A DNA stretch of 63,412 nt, filler included. It is 7 parts of 7 records of this genome, joined end to end, with 100 filler letters (N's around TTAATTAATTAA, not from the genome) between each part and the next. Parts side by side here need not be neighbours in the genome. Positions count along the whole stretch, not along the records: positions 8,310 to 23,611 come from DRR723986_7354; 6 more parts are not named here. One strand, given 5' to 3'. The stretch's first letter is position 1, and each line of letters starts with the position of its first letter. Below the pieces are notes generated by a model that searched no databases, was not told where the DNA came from, and was given only the letters and a program-made list of their open reading frames with translations. The position numbers and the translations under genes are program-made. Positions 9,805 through 19,410 of this stretch are shown here, in pieces.

Positions 9805-10476
9805 ATGACCTCCGCAGCAGACCGACTGGCAAACGTCCAGGCAGATATCAGAAGTGCCGAAGCCGAGTTCGGCAGGCCGGAAGGGTCGGTAACTTTGATT
9901 GCGGTTTCCAAGACCTTCGAAGCGGACGAGATCCGCCCGGTGCTTGAGGCAGGTCAGCAGGTTTTCGGCGAAAACAGGGTGCAGGAAGCCATGCACAAGT
10001 GGCCGGGGCTTCGTGAGGACTTTGAAGGTATCGAATTGCATCTGATCGGTCCGCTGCAATCCAACAAGGCCAAGGAAGCGGTCGCGACCTTTGATGTCGT
10101 CCATACGGTTGACCGGCCGAAAATCGCAAGGGCACTGAAAGCCGAGATGGAAAAGCAGGGCAGGGATCTGCCGTGTTTCATTCAGGTAAACACGGGTGAA
10201 GAGCCCCAGAAGGCAGGCATCGCACCGAAGGATGTCGATGCCTTCGTGAAAGAGTGCAAGGAAGTTGTCGGGCTCAACATTGTCGGCTTGATGTGCATTC
10301 CGCCGGTCGACGAAGCACCGGGCGAACATTTCGCGCTTCTGGAAAAGATCGCCGCCCGCAATGGTCTTGAGCAGCTTTCCATGGGCATGTCTTCCGACTA
10401 TCCGGTCGCGGTCGGCTTTGGGGCCACGCATGTGCGTGTCGGATCCGCCATCTTTGGCTCGCGCGACTACACCTGA
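9805..10476 (+). CDS. yggS: PLP homeostasis protein YggS
   Basis: LIAVSKT, FGENRVQE, HLIGPLQSNK, LSMGMSSDY, VRVGSAIFG. Confidence 0.96.
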   Translation: MTSAADRLANVQADIRSAEAEFGRPEGSVTLIAVSKTFEADEIRPVLEAGQQVFGENRVQEAMHKWPGLREDFEGIELHLIGPLQSNKAKEAVATFDVVHTVDRPKIARALKAEMEKQGRDLPCFIQVNTGEEPQKAGIAPKDVDAFVKECKEVVGLNIVGLMCIPPVDEAPGEHFALLEKIAARNGLEQLSMGMSSDYPVAVGFGATHVRVGSAIFGSRDYT

Positions 10477-10706
10477 TCAGAGCCTGCCGTTTCACGGAAC
10501 GGCAATCAGACCGGGATTGGTATTGCTTCGGTTTGCAGGACTGGTCGCGAACCGAAGCATGGATAGCCGTTTCAACCAGTTTGTTTCGAATTTATAAATA
10601 AAATCAGATAGATATTCAGGCTGGTTTTTCCGGAGGAAGCCCCAGAACTGCCTAAAATCGTTAAAAATGACGGTAGTTTGACCGACCTGTGGCTGATCTC
10701 CATGGC

Positions 10707-10731
10707 GGAACACAACATTGCCGCGAAGGTT
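10707..10731 (+). promoter_or_regulatory. Possible EcfG (general stress sigma) type promoter GGAAC-N16-GGTT
   Basis: One mismatch to the alphaproteobacterial GGAAC-N16/17-CGTT consensus; upstream of the EF-hand gene. Confidence 0.4.
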
Positions 10732-10893
10732 TCAAAGAGCTGCCCTTTGCCCGTCGCGATCGGCCCGCAGTGTTTGTCTCGTTCCGGTTCGACGGGTCGC
10801 AGGGGCCTGGCGAACGGACGGAACGACAGGTGAGCCCAAAGCCGAATGGCGCACGGGACACCTGACAAGACCCAAACCATTGGAGGTCATATC

Positions 10894-11124
10894 ATGTCCA
10901 AACGTCTTACTGCTGCTCTTCTGATCGGTGCCTTTACCGCGTCTTCCGCAGCTCTTGCCCAGGGCATGTCGTTCGAGGCGGTGGATCTCGATCAGGACGG
11001 TTATGTCAGCTTCGAGGAAATCGCGGCAGCCGTCCCGACCCTTTCCGAAGATGCATTCAACGCGGCTGACAGCAATCAGGACAGCCTTCTGGATCCGGAA
11101 GAGTTCTCCTCCGTCCAGCCGTAA
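10894..11124 (+). CDS. Small secreted two-EF-hand calcium-binding protein
   Basis: GGAGG RBS; signal peptide; loops DLDQDGYVSFEE and DSNQDSLLDPEE. Confidence 0.88.
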   Translation: MSKRLTAALLIGAFTASSAALAQGMSFEAVDLDQDGYVSFEEIAAAVPTLSEDAFNAADSNQDSLLDPEEFSSVQP

Positions 11125-11185
11125 CCGGGCTTCGGGCAATCAAACCCCCCGTCGGCTGCGTCAGCAGCCAGATTGCCCGAACAAG

Positions 11186-11220
11186 ACCACCGTCGGTAAG
11201 GTCACGCCGGCGGTGGTTTT
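11186..11220 (+). terminator. Hairpin terminator between the convergent EF-hand gene and trkH
   Basis: ACCACCGTCGG...CCGGCGGTGGT followed by TTT. Confidence 0.6.
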
Positions 11221-11283
11221 CCGTTTTGAAGGGGACTTTCGAACTTTACTCGAACAATTGAGCCAACCCGGTTGGGCCAGGCT

Positions 11284-12723
11284 TCAGTCCAGCCAGAAAT
11301 CAGGCGTCAGTAGCAGGATACCTGCCAGGATTTCCAGTCGACCGAGGATCATCTGAACCGCCAGAAACCATTTGGCGAGATCCGGCAGGGACTGGAACGT
11401 ACCGGACGGACCAATGGTATCGCCAACGCCGGGACCGACATTCGCAAGGGCTGTGATGGAGGCGCTGAGCGCCGTCTCGAGATCAAGACCGAGCATCATG
11501 TAGACCAGCGAAAACGCCGCAAAAGCGCCCGCATAAAGAACGGCGAAGACAAGCACACCTTCCAGAACCGGATTTGACACGGCCCGACCCTGGTATTTCG
11601 GCTCGACCACCCGGTGTGGCCGGATCATCCGTCGGAACAGGCCCTGGATGTAACTGCCCAGAATTGCGATCCGGAACATCTTGAAGCCTCCGGACGTGGA
11701 GCCGCTACAGCCGCCGAAGAACGTCAGCACGAAGAAAATCGCGATCACGGGCGGACCGAACTGCAGGTAGTCGTTTGCGGCATAGCCGGTGGTGGTGATC
11801 ACCGAAACCACGTTGAAGACCGCGAATGTGAACATCTGGAACGGCGTGTCATGTCCAATGAACCGCTCGAACAGGAACACGCTGATCGAAGCTGCGGCGA
11901 CAATGGCAAGCAGCAGCATGATCTGGACGTCTTTCACCCAATGCCGTCGCTCGATACTCCGGATCAGATAAAGGAACGGCACGGCGGACCCCAGCATGAA
12001 CACCGAGGCGACCCAATAGACGGCGAGGCCGTCGAATTGGCCGAAGGACTGGTCGGACGTGGAGAAGCCTCCCGTCGAGACAGTGGTCATGGAATGGATC
12101 ACCGCTTCGAAAAAGGTCATTCCACACAGCAGGTAGAGCGTGGCGCAGGCAATCGACAGTCCGGCATAAAGGGCCAGCAGCCGGTAGACGAACGGTCCGA
12201 CATGACCATAGGGCTTGCTGGTATTTTCAGACGATTCCAGAGCGAATAGCTGGCTGCCACCAACGCGCAAGCCCGGCAGAAGCCAGATCCCGATGGCAAC
12301 CACGCCAATGCCGCCAACCCATTGCAGCAGCGCCCGCCACAGCAAAATGCCCGGCGGCAACGTATCGAGACCCGTCAGGATTGTCGAACCGGTTGTGGTC
12401 AGGCCGGAGGCGGTCTCGAAGAAGGCGTCTGTGAAGCTGATGCCGAGGCCGCTGAAGTAGAAGGGTACGGCGCCGGCGAAGGAGAAGGTGAACCAGGCGG
12501 CGTTGACGAACAGGATCGCTTCGCGAAAGTGGCTCGGCGGCTGTTCTCCCTGGAAAGCCATGGTCATGAGCAGGCCCGCGGTTCCAAGAACCAGGGCCGA
12601 TACCAGAAAAACCTGCCAGTCCGAGTTTCTGGCGAACACATCCGCGATACCCGGAACGATCATCAGAACTGAAATCAGGATGAGCAATCGTCCGATTGGC
12701 AAAGCAATGGCGCGATAATTCAT
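11284..12723 (-). CDS. trkH: Trk potassium uptake membrane protein
   Basis: FFETASGLTTTGST, STGGFS, GGCSGSTSGGFK and ANVGPG pore motifs. Confidence 0.95.
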   Translation of the reverse strand: MNYRAIALPIGRLLILISVLMIVPGIADVFARNSDWQVFLVSALVLGTAGLLMTMAFQGEQPPSHFREAILFVNAAWFTFSFAGAVPFYFSGLGISFTDAFFETASGLTTTGSTILTGLDTLPPGILLWRALLQWVGGIGVVAIGIWLLPGLRVGGSQLFALESSENTSKPYGHVGPFVYRLLALYAGLSIACATLYLLCGMTFFEAVIHSMTTVSTGGFSTSDQSFGQFDGLAVYWVASVFMLGSAVPFLYLIRSIERRHWVKDVQIMLLLAIVAAASISVFLFERFIGHDTPFQMFTFAVFNVVSVITTTGYAANDYLQFGPPVIAIFFVLTFFGGCSGSTSGGFKMFRIAILGSYIQGLFRRMIRPHRVVEPKYQGRAVSNPVLEGVLVFAVLYAGAFAAFSLVYMMLGLDLETALSASITALANVGPGVGDTIGPSGTFQSLPDLAKWFLAVQMILGRLEILAGILLLTPDFWLD

Positions 12724-12975
12724 AGACTGGACGTCCGCAACGGTCGGCTGTCAGGACAGCAGGCGTGTGTGTCAAAAGACTGTCGTTATCTGCCTGTGCA
12801 CCGCAAAAAGCAAGGCCGTCGGGTTTTGGACCTGCCAATCGCCTGGAATGACCGGCAGGGTGGCTGGCCTGCGGGCGATCGGCAAAACTGCTTCTAAAAC
12901 ACACCTATACGCCAGTTCATGTTGACCGGACCGGGAGGCTTTGCCAGAGTGATTTCATAAATTTGGGAGGAAAAC

Positions 12976-13968
12976 ATGAAAGTACTTTCCTGGGCGCTTG
13001 GCGCGGCAATGGCGCTTGGCCTGGCAGCCGGTTCGGCACAAGCAGCAGACACGACTTTGCGCATTTCGCTGCAATTGCCTCTGACGAGCCACCTCGGCCA
13101 GAATCTGCAGCTCTTCAAGGAAGAAGTAGAGAAAAACTCCAACGGCGACATTGCCGTGGAGATCTACGATTCCGCTCAGCTCTACAAGGACAACGAAGTT
13201 CCGGCAGCCGTCGGCAGCGGCTCCATTGAAATGGGCGTTGCGTCGCTGACGCGTTATGTCGGCGACATTCCTGCCGTCGACGTTTTCTATCAGCCGTTCC
13301 TGTTCGACACGGAAGAAAAGGTTCGTGCGGCCGTAGCCAAGGGATCTCCCGTGCGCGGACCGCTGGATGAGGCAATCGCGGAAACCGGTTCCACCGTACT
13401 GTGGTGGCAGGCTTATGGCGGCTCCATCATGCTGTCCAATGGCGGACCGCTGAAAACCCCGGAAGATCTGAAAGGCAAGAAGGTTCGCGTCTTCGGCAAG
13501 ACGCTTGGCGATTTTGTCACGGTTGCCGGCGGTGCGCCGACGCTGATTTCCGGTTCCGAACAGTATCTGGCCTACCAGCGCGGCACCGTGGATATCGGCA
13601 TGACCGGTGTTTCCGGCGTGAAATCCCGCAAGCTCTGGGAAGTCATGGACACGATCACCGTGACCAACAATGCGGATATCGAGTTCATCGTCGTGGTGAA
13701 CACCGACTTCTGGAACGGCCTGCCGGACGAGCACAAGAAGATCATCGAGGCTGCTGCCCTCAAGGCGGAAGCCGATGTGCGGGATCGGATGTCCCAGATC
13801 GAAGCCGAAGCTTACGAGATTTCGGAACAGAACGGCATGACCATCTACACGCCGACCGCAGAAGAAATGACCGCCTGGAAAAGCGTAAGCCAGCCGGTCT
13901 ACGACAACTTCGTCGAAAAAGCGGGCCCTCTCGGCAAGCAGGTACTCGAAGCCGCTCAGAAATTCTGA
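12976..13968 (+). CDS. dctP: TRAP transporter substrate-binding subunit
   Basis: Signal peptide; EIYDSAQLY and PEDLKGKKVRV; followed by DctQ/DctM genes. Confidence 0.92.
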   Translation: MKVLSWALGAAMALGLAAGSAQAADTTLRISLQLPLTSHLGQNLQLFKEEVEKNSNGDIAVEIYDSAQLYKDNEVPAAVGSGSIEMGVASLTRYVGDIPAVDVFYQPFLFDTEEKVRAAVAKGSPVRGPLDEAIAETGSTVLWWQAYGGSIMLSNGGPLKTPEDLKGKKVRVFGKTLGDFVTVAGGAPTLISGSEQYLAYQRGTVDIGMTGVSGVKSRKLWEVMDTITVTNNADIEFIVVVNTDFWNGLPDEHKKIIEAAALKAEADVRDRMSQIEAEAYEISEQNGMTIYTPTAEEMTAWKSVSQPVYDNFVEKAGPLGKQVLEAAQKF

Positions 13969-13990
13969 CGGCCCGCAGATCCTGAACGAC

Positions 13991-14021
13991 GGAAGCGGCC
14001 GCGGCCATGCTGGCCGCTTCC
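13991..14021 (+). other. GC-rich intercistronic hairpin after dctP (mRNA stabiliser or partial terminator)
   Basis: GGAAGCGGCC...GGCCGCTTCC arms, no U tract. Confidence 0.55.
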
Positions 14022-14116
14022 AGTCACGGATGCCGGAGTTCCGGTGTCTTTTCGCGGTCGGGTTTCACCGGCCGTCTTTTCCCGGCCTTGCCGATTGCTC
14101 GATCACAGATGGTTTC

Positions 14117-14611
14117 ATGAAAGCCTTCTATTTTCTTCTTCAGGCCTTTGCCTGGATCGCCGCGCTGCTGTTCGTCGCCGTGGGCTGCATGCTCACGTAT
14201 GAAGTTCTGGCTCGGTATCTTTTCGTTGCACCGACCATCTGGGCGTCGGAGTTGTCTCAGCTGTGCCTGATCTGGGGCACCATGCTTGCCATGCCATGGC
14301 TGTTGAAAGCCGGTCGGCACATTGCGGTTGATGCGCTGACAGACCAGCTAAGCCCGGGCTGGCGCCGCGCCTGCCATGTGGTTGCCATGGGCTTTGTTGC
14401 GGTGTTCAGCATCCTGGTCGCCTGGAAAGGGGGCGGGATCTTCTACGATTCCTTCGAGCGAGGCCGCACCTCGGGCTCCATGCTGGACCTTCCCATGTGG
14501 ATCTCCGAACTGTCCGTTCCGGTCGGGTTTGCGCTTCTGTTCGTGCAGGCCCTTATTGAACTGGGCCAGAAGCCCAAGTCGGGCGATCATGAAGCGGTGG
14601 TGATGGAATGA
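14117..14611 (+). CDS. dctQ: TRAP transporter small permease
   Basis: Four TM segments; EVLARYLFVAPTIWASEL and GRHIAVD. Confidence 0.9.
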   Translation: MKAFYFLLQAFAWIAALLFVAVGCMLTYEVLARYLFVAPTIWASELSQLCLIWGTMLAMPWLLKAGRHIAVDALTDQLSPGWRRACHVVAMGFVAVFSILVAWKGGGIFYDSFERGRTSGSMLDLPMWISELSVPVGFALLFVQALIELGQKPKSGDHEAVVME

Positions 14612-15882
14612 CGACGGTTCTCATTCTCGCTTCGCTGTTCACCTTGTTGCTGATCCGCGTGCCGGTGGCGTTCGCGCTGGGCGGTCTCGGCCTTGGAATG
14701 CTCATTCTCGGTGGTTTCTCGCCGCTGATGGCGCCCCAGGCGATCCTGTCGACCCTGGATGGCTTCATTCTTCTGGCGGTTCCGCTGTTCCTGCTGATGT
14801 CCAACATCCTGCTGAAGGGCGGGGTCGGGCGGGATCTCTTTGCCGCCGTTCATGCCTGGGTCGGTCACTGGCCGGGTGGACTGGCCGTCGCGACCATCCT
14901 GTCCTGCGCCATCTTCGCAGCCATTTCCGGATCGTCGGTGGCAACGGCCGCCACCATCGGAACAGTTGCGATCCCGGAAATGATCCAGCGCGGCTACGAG
15001 CGGAAATTCGTCTACGGCCTGCTTGCCGCCGGTGGCACGCTCGGCATTCTGATCCCGCCGTCGATCCCGATGATCGTCTATGGCTTCGTTACCGAACAAT
15101 CGGTGATCGCGCTGTTCCTGGCGGGTGTTGGCCCGGGTCTTATGCTTGTGGTGTTCTTCATCGTTTTTTCCATGGTCTATGCCCGCTGGTTCGGCGGCTA
15201 CACGCCGGAGCCGGCGTCAAGCTGGGACGAGCGCATGCGGGCAACTGTGCGGGCATTTCCCTCGATCCTGTTGGCGCTTGTTGTTATCGGCGCCATCTAC
15301 AGCGGCGCGGCGACACCGACGGAAGCTGCAGCCATCGGTTTTGCCGTGGCGCTTCTGATTACCGGGCCCATCCTGCGTACGCTTACCTGGCAAGGTCTGA
15401 AGGAAGCCGCGTTCGATGCCATGGTGACGACCGTTGCCATCGTCTTGATCATTGCCGGGGCCAAGGTGTTCGGCAAGGCGATCACGCTTTACCGGATTCC
15501 GCAGGATATCTCGGTCTTCATCGGCCAGACCATCGATACGCCGCTCGCATTCATCATCGTGGTGTCGATCGTGCTTCTGATCATGGGGCTGGTGTTCGAG
15601 GCGCTGTCCATGGTGTTGATCATGACGCCGGTGCTGCTGCCGGCAGCCATGGCATTGGGCTTCGATCCGATCTGGTTCGGCGTCTATATGGTCGTCATGG
15701 TGGAATGCGCCCTGATTACACCGCCGGTCGGGCTCAATCTCTATGTCATCCAGTCGGTCGCGCGATCGAAGCTGTCCGACGTCTCCCGTGGCGTGCTGCC
15801 ATTCCTGGTGATCATGTTGATTTCGGTCGCGATCCTGTATGTCTGGACCGATCTCGCGCTCTATCTGCCATTCAAGTTCTGA
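14608..15882 (+). CDS. dctM: TRAP transporter large permease
   Basis: LAVPLF, AAISGSSVAT, GTLGILIPPS, TPTEA, ITPPVGLNL. Confidence 0.95.
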   Translation: MTTVLILASLFTLLLIRVPVAFALGGLGLGMLILGGFSPLMAPQAILSTLDGFILLAVPLFLLMSNILLKGGVGRDLFAAVHAWVGHWPGGLAVATILSCAIFAAISGSSVATAATIGTVAIPEMIQRGYERKFVYGLLAAGGTLGILIPPSIPMIVYGFVTEQSVIALFLAGVGPGLMLVVFFIVFSMVYARWFGGYTPEPASSWDERMRATVRAFPSILLALVVIGAIYSGAATPTEAAAIGFAVALLITGPILRTLTWQGLKEAAFDAMVTTVAIVLIIAGAKVFGKAITLYRIPQDISVFIGQTIDTPLAFIIVVSIVLLIMGLVFEALSMVLIMTPVLLPAAMALGFDPIWFGVYMVVMVECALITPPVGLNLYVIQSVARSKLSDVSRGVLPFLVIMLISVAILYVWTDLALYLPFKF

Positions 15883-15892
15883 GGTTTTTGTC

Positions 15893-16765
15893 ATGCCGTC
15901 ACCGGCAGCTACCCTTCGCGCGCTGCTGGAGCAGCCGAAACTTCACGTCATGCCTTGCTGTTATGATGCCTTGTCCGCCAAGCTGATCGAGCAGGCAGGG
16001 TTCGATCTCACCTTCATGTCCGGCTTTGCCGCCTCCGCATCGCGGATCGGGCAGCCGGATCTGGGGCTGATGTCCTATGGCGAAGTGCTCGATCAGGCGC
16101 GCAACATCACCGATGCGGTCCGGATTCCGCTGCTGGCGGATGGCGACACGGGTTACGGAAATGCCATGAACGTGCGCCGGACCGTGACCGGCATGGCCAA
16201 GGCAGGCGCTGCGGCGGTGATGATCGAGGACCAGGTGGCTCCGAAACGCTGCGGTCACACACCGGGCAAGGCGGTCGTTTCCCGCGAGGAAGCCTTTGAC
16301 CGGATCCGGGCGGCGCAGGATGCCAAGGAGGCAGGGGCCGATATCCTGATCCTTGCCCGGACCGATGCCCGTCATGAGCACGGCCTTGCCGAGGCAATTG
16401 CCCGGGCGGCAAAGTTCAAGGAACTCGGCGCTGATATCCTGTTTGTCGAGGCACCCAAGACGGTTGCCGAAATGCAGGAAATCTGCCGGGAACTGCCGGG
16501 CCCGAAGATGGCCAACATCGTGGAAGGCGGCGAAACTCCCGACCTTTCGCATGAAGAGCTTCGGGACATCGGTTACGCCATTGCCGCCTATCCGCTGACC
16601 CTGATGGCCAGCGCCATGAAGGCAATGGTCGCGACGTTGCAGCAGCTGAAGAGCGACCAGGACCGCACGCCGGATCTCATGGACTTCAAGGAGCTGCGGG
16701 ACCGGATCGGCTTCAACGACTATTATGAGGTTTCGGCCAAATACGAGACGTCCAAGCGGGATTGA
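15893..16765 (+). CDS. Isocitrate lyase/PEP mutase superfamily lyase (KRCGH type)
   Basis: YDALSA, ADGDTGYG, IEDQVAPKRCGH, ARTDA. Confidence 0.9.
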   Translation: MPSPAATLRALLEQPKLHVMPCCYDALSAKLIEQAGFDLTFMSGFAASASRIGQPDLGLMSYGEVLDQARNITDAVRIPLLADGDTGYGNAMNVRRTVTGMAKAGAAAVMIEDQVAPKRCGHTPGKAVVSREEAFDRIRAAQDAKEAGADILILARTDARHEHGLAEAIARAAKFKELGADILFVEAPKTVAEMQEICRELPGPKMANIVEGGETPDLSHEELRDIGYAIAAYPLTLMASAMKAMVATLQQLKSDQDRTPDLMDFKELRDRIGFNDYYEVSAKYETSKRD

Positions 16766-16899
16766 TGCCGCCGGACTGTCCGGAACCCGGTCGCTCTGCC
16801 GAACTGCAAAATACGCCAACCCGTGCTACTCGGCGTTGGATTTATTGCAGATGGAATGTTAGACCCTGCGCGACTCAGAAGCTGTAACGGAAATCTTGA

Positions 16900-17514
16900 A
16901 TGCAGGGCGAAAGACGCCGAAGACCTTCGCTGTCGCTGCCGATCCTGCGGACATCGCGCGACCAGCACCGGGACGGCACACTGACGCTCGGCAATTTGCT
17001 GTTGGCGCTGGGCGAGACGTCGTTCGGCTGGGCGATCGTGCTGTTTTCCCTGCTGACGCTTCTGCCGTTGCCTCCCGGCTCCTCGCTTGTCACCGGTCTG
17101 CCGGTGCTCGTCACCACGTTCCAGATGGTGCTCGGCTTTCCGCACGTGAAACTGCCCAGGCCGCTTGCGCGCCTGTCGCTCAATCACAACAAGCTGCGGC
17201 GAACGATGGTGCGCCTGCGTCCCGTTACAATGCGGCTGGAGCGCGTGCTGGCCCACCGGTACGAAGGTCTGTTTGCACGAAAACATGAGCGCTTGCTCGG
17301 GCTTGCGTTGTTCGTCATTGCTTTCACATTGTTTCTGCCCGTGCCGCTCAGCGGCTGGTTTCCGGCGGTCGCGCTGTTCATCGCCGGCGTCGGCATTGTC
17401 GAGCGCGACGGACTTGTCGTCATCTTCGGTCTGTTGCTGGGTCTGGCCGCGGTGCTCCTCACCATCGCCATCCTGACGTCGATTGCGATCAGCACGCAAG
17501 CGTTCATGGCCTGA
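16900..17514 (+). CDS. exoD: ExoD-family membrane protein
   Basis: TLGNLLLALGETSFG...LPLPPG...PVPLSGWFPA...ERDG. Confidence 0.85.
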   Translation: MQGERRRRPSLSLPILRTSRDQHRDGTLTLGNLLLALGETSFGWAIVLFSLLTLLPLPPGSSLVTGLPVLVTTFQMVLGFPHVKLPRPLARLSLNHNKLRRTMVRLRPVTMRLERVLAHRYEGLFARKHERLLGLALFVIAFTLFLPVPLSGWFPAVALFIAGVGIVERDGLVVIFGLLLGLAAVLLTIAILTSIAISTQAFMA

Positions 17515-17548
17515 ACCGAAAACCAGGTGTTCGATAAGGCGAAACGAC

Positions 17549-17578
17549 ATGGATCCCGTGGTCAAGCCACGGGATGAC
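17549..17578. repeat. Alphaproteobacterial REP-like palindromic element (Rickettsia RPE-4-like half)
   Basis: ATCCCGTGG-TCAAG-CCACGGGAT-GAC hairpin. Confidence 0.65.
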
Positions 17579-17630
17579 GGGGTAGAGACAGAAATCCGGA
17601 TCAAGGAAAACGGGAATCTCCGCCGCTTCC

Positions 17631-17659
17631 TTGACTCTTGCCCGGGTTTCGGGCATATC
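17631..17659 (+). promoter_or_regulatory. Sigma70-type promoter for the ffh operon
   Basis: TTGACT-N17-CATATC. Confidence 0.6.
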
Positions 17660-17743
17660 CCCGCGAACTCCATATGAGTGATTGAAATTTCGATCCGCCG
17701 ACCGGGACCCGCAAAGGTGTAAAGAGTTCCCGGAGGTTAACAT

Positions 17744-17790
17744 CCGACAGCGCGTTGCGCCCTCGGGTGTCAAACTGCTTTGCGCGGATT
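17744..17790 (+). ncRNA. Alphaproteobacterial ffh leader RNA motif
   Basis: CCGACAGCGCGTTGCGCCCTCGGGTGTC about 80-125 nt upstream of ffh, matching the recalled core of the Rfam ffh family; not verified by a covariance search. Confidence 0.65.
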
Positions 17791-17868
17791 GATCCGGTTG
17801 GAAATGACCGGCGGTTGCCCATATGGTTCGGGAGACTTCCCGAAACCGAGACTATTCAAGGACTACTG

Positions 17869-19410
17869 ATGTTTGAAAGCCTGTCCGATCGATTAAGCGG
17901 TATTTTCGACAAGCTCACCGGCCGCGGTGCGCTGTCGGAAAACGACGTCAACGAGGCGCTGCGCGAAATCCGCCGCGCGCTGATCGAGGCCGACGTTGCG
18001 CTGCCGATCGTACGTTCCTTCACTGACAAGGTGCGCAACCGCGCCGTCGGTGCCGAGGTGGTCAAGTCCGTGACCCCGGGCCAGATGGTCGTGAAGATCG
18101 TTCATGACCAGCTGGTCGAGATGCTCGGTGAAGAAGCCAATCCGATCGACCTGAACGCTCCGGCACCGGTGGCGATCATGATGGTCGGTCTGCAGGGCTC
18201 CGGTAAAACCACCACCACGGCGAAGATTGCCCGCCGCCTGACCCAGCGCGACAAGCGCAAGGTGCTGATGGCATCGCTCGACACCCGCCGTCCGGCTGCC
18301 CAGGAGCAGCTGAAGGTTCTGGGTGAGCAGAACGACATCGACACGCTGCCGATCGTTGCCGGCCAGGGCCCGGTCGAAATTGCCAAGCGGGCCATGTCCG
18401 CCGCCAAGCTCGGCGGTTATGACGTGGTCATGCTCGACACCGCCGGCCGTATTCACATCGACGAGCCGCTGATGGTTGAAATGGCAGAGGTGAAAGCCGC
18501 TGCCCAGCCGCATGAAATCCTGCTGGTGGCGGATAGCCTGACCGGTCAGGATGCCGTCAACCTGGCGCAGAGTTTCGATGAGCGCGTCGGCATCACCGGT
18601 ATCGCCCTGACCCGTATGGACGGCGACGGCCGTGGCGGTGCGGCGCTCTCCATGCAGGCGGTTACCGGTAAGCCGGTCAAGCTGATCGGTACCGGCGAAA
18701 AATCAGACGCACTTGAAGACTTCCACCCGCGCCGGATCGCAGACCGCATCCTTGGCATGGGCGACATCGTTTCGCTGGTGGAAAAGGCTGCAGAAGCCAT
18801 CGACGCGGAACAGGCCGCGAAAATGGCGAAGAAGATGCAGAAGGGTCACTTCGACCTGGAAGATCTCGCCGAGCAATTGCGCCAGATGGAAAAGCTGGGC
18901 GGCATGTCCGGCATGATGGGCATGTTGCCGGGCATCGGCAAGATGAAGAAGCAGATCGAGGCCTCGAACATCGACGACAAGATGTTCAAGCGTCAGGTCG
19001 CCATCATCGAATCGATGACACCGGCCGAGCGTCAGAAGCCCGAACTGCTCAAGGCCAGCCGCAAAAAGCGTATTGCAGCCGGATCGGGCATGGATGTGGC
19101 CGACGTCAACAAGCTTCTGAAAATGCACCGCCAGATGGCGGACATGATGAAGAAGATGGGCAAGGGCAAAGGCATGCTGGGCAAGCTGATGGGCGGCCTT
19201 GGCGGCGGCGGAATGCCGGATGTCGATCCCAAGCAGCTTGAGGAAATGGCCAAGTCCGGCCAGTTGCCGGGCGGCATGGAAATGCCGAAAGGCCTGCCCG
19301 GCGGGTTGGGCGGCGGTCTGCCGCCAGGCATGGGCATGCCGGGTCTTCCAGGCCTCGGCGGTCCGAAACTTCCCGGGTTTCCGGGTATGGGCAAGGGAAA
19401 GAAACGATGA
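17869..19410 (+). CDS. ffh: Signal recognition particle protein
   Basis: MFESLSDRL; GLQGSGKTTT, DTAGR, DGDGRGGAALS; M domain. Confidence 0.98.
   Translation: MFESLSDRLSGIFDKLTGRGALSENDVNEALREIRRALIEADVALPIVRSFTDKVRNRAVGAEVVKSVTPGQMVVKIVHDQLVEMLGEEANPIDLNAPAPVAIMMVGLQGSGKTTTTAKIARRLTQRDKRKVLMASLDTRRPAAQEQLKVLGEQNDIDTLPIVAGQGPVEIAKRAMSAAKLGGYDVVMLDTAGRIHIDEPLMVEMAEVKAAAQPHEILLVADSLTGQDAVNLAQSFDERVGITGIALTRMDGDGRGGAALSMQAVTGKPVKLIGTGEKSDALEDFHPRRIADRILGMGDIVSLVEKAAEAIDAEQAAKMAKKMQKGHFDLEDLAEQLRQMEKLGGMSGMMGMLPGIGKMKKQIEASNIDDKMFKRQVAIIESMTPAERQKPELLKASRKKRIAAGSGMDVADVNKLLKMHRQMADMMKKMGKGKGMLGKLMGGLGGGGMPDVDPKQLEEMAKSGQLPGGMEMPKGLPGGLGGGLPPGMGMPGLPGLGGPKLPGFPGMGKGKKR

Noticed and set aside
15893-16765. 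PEP mutase indicating phosphonate biosynthesis
   Set aside because: Has the KRCGH loop rather than the PEP mutase EDKxxxxxNS motif, and no phosphonate genes are adjacent
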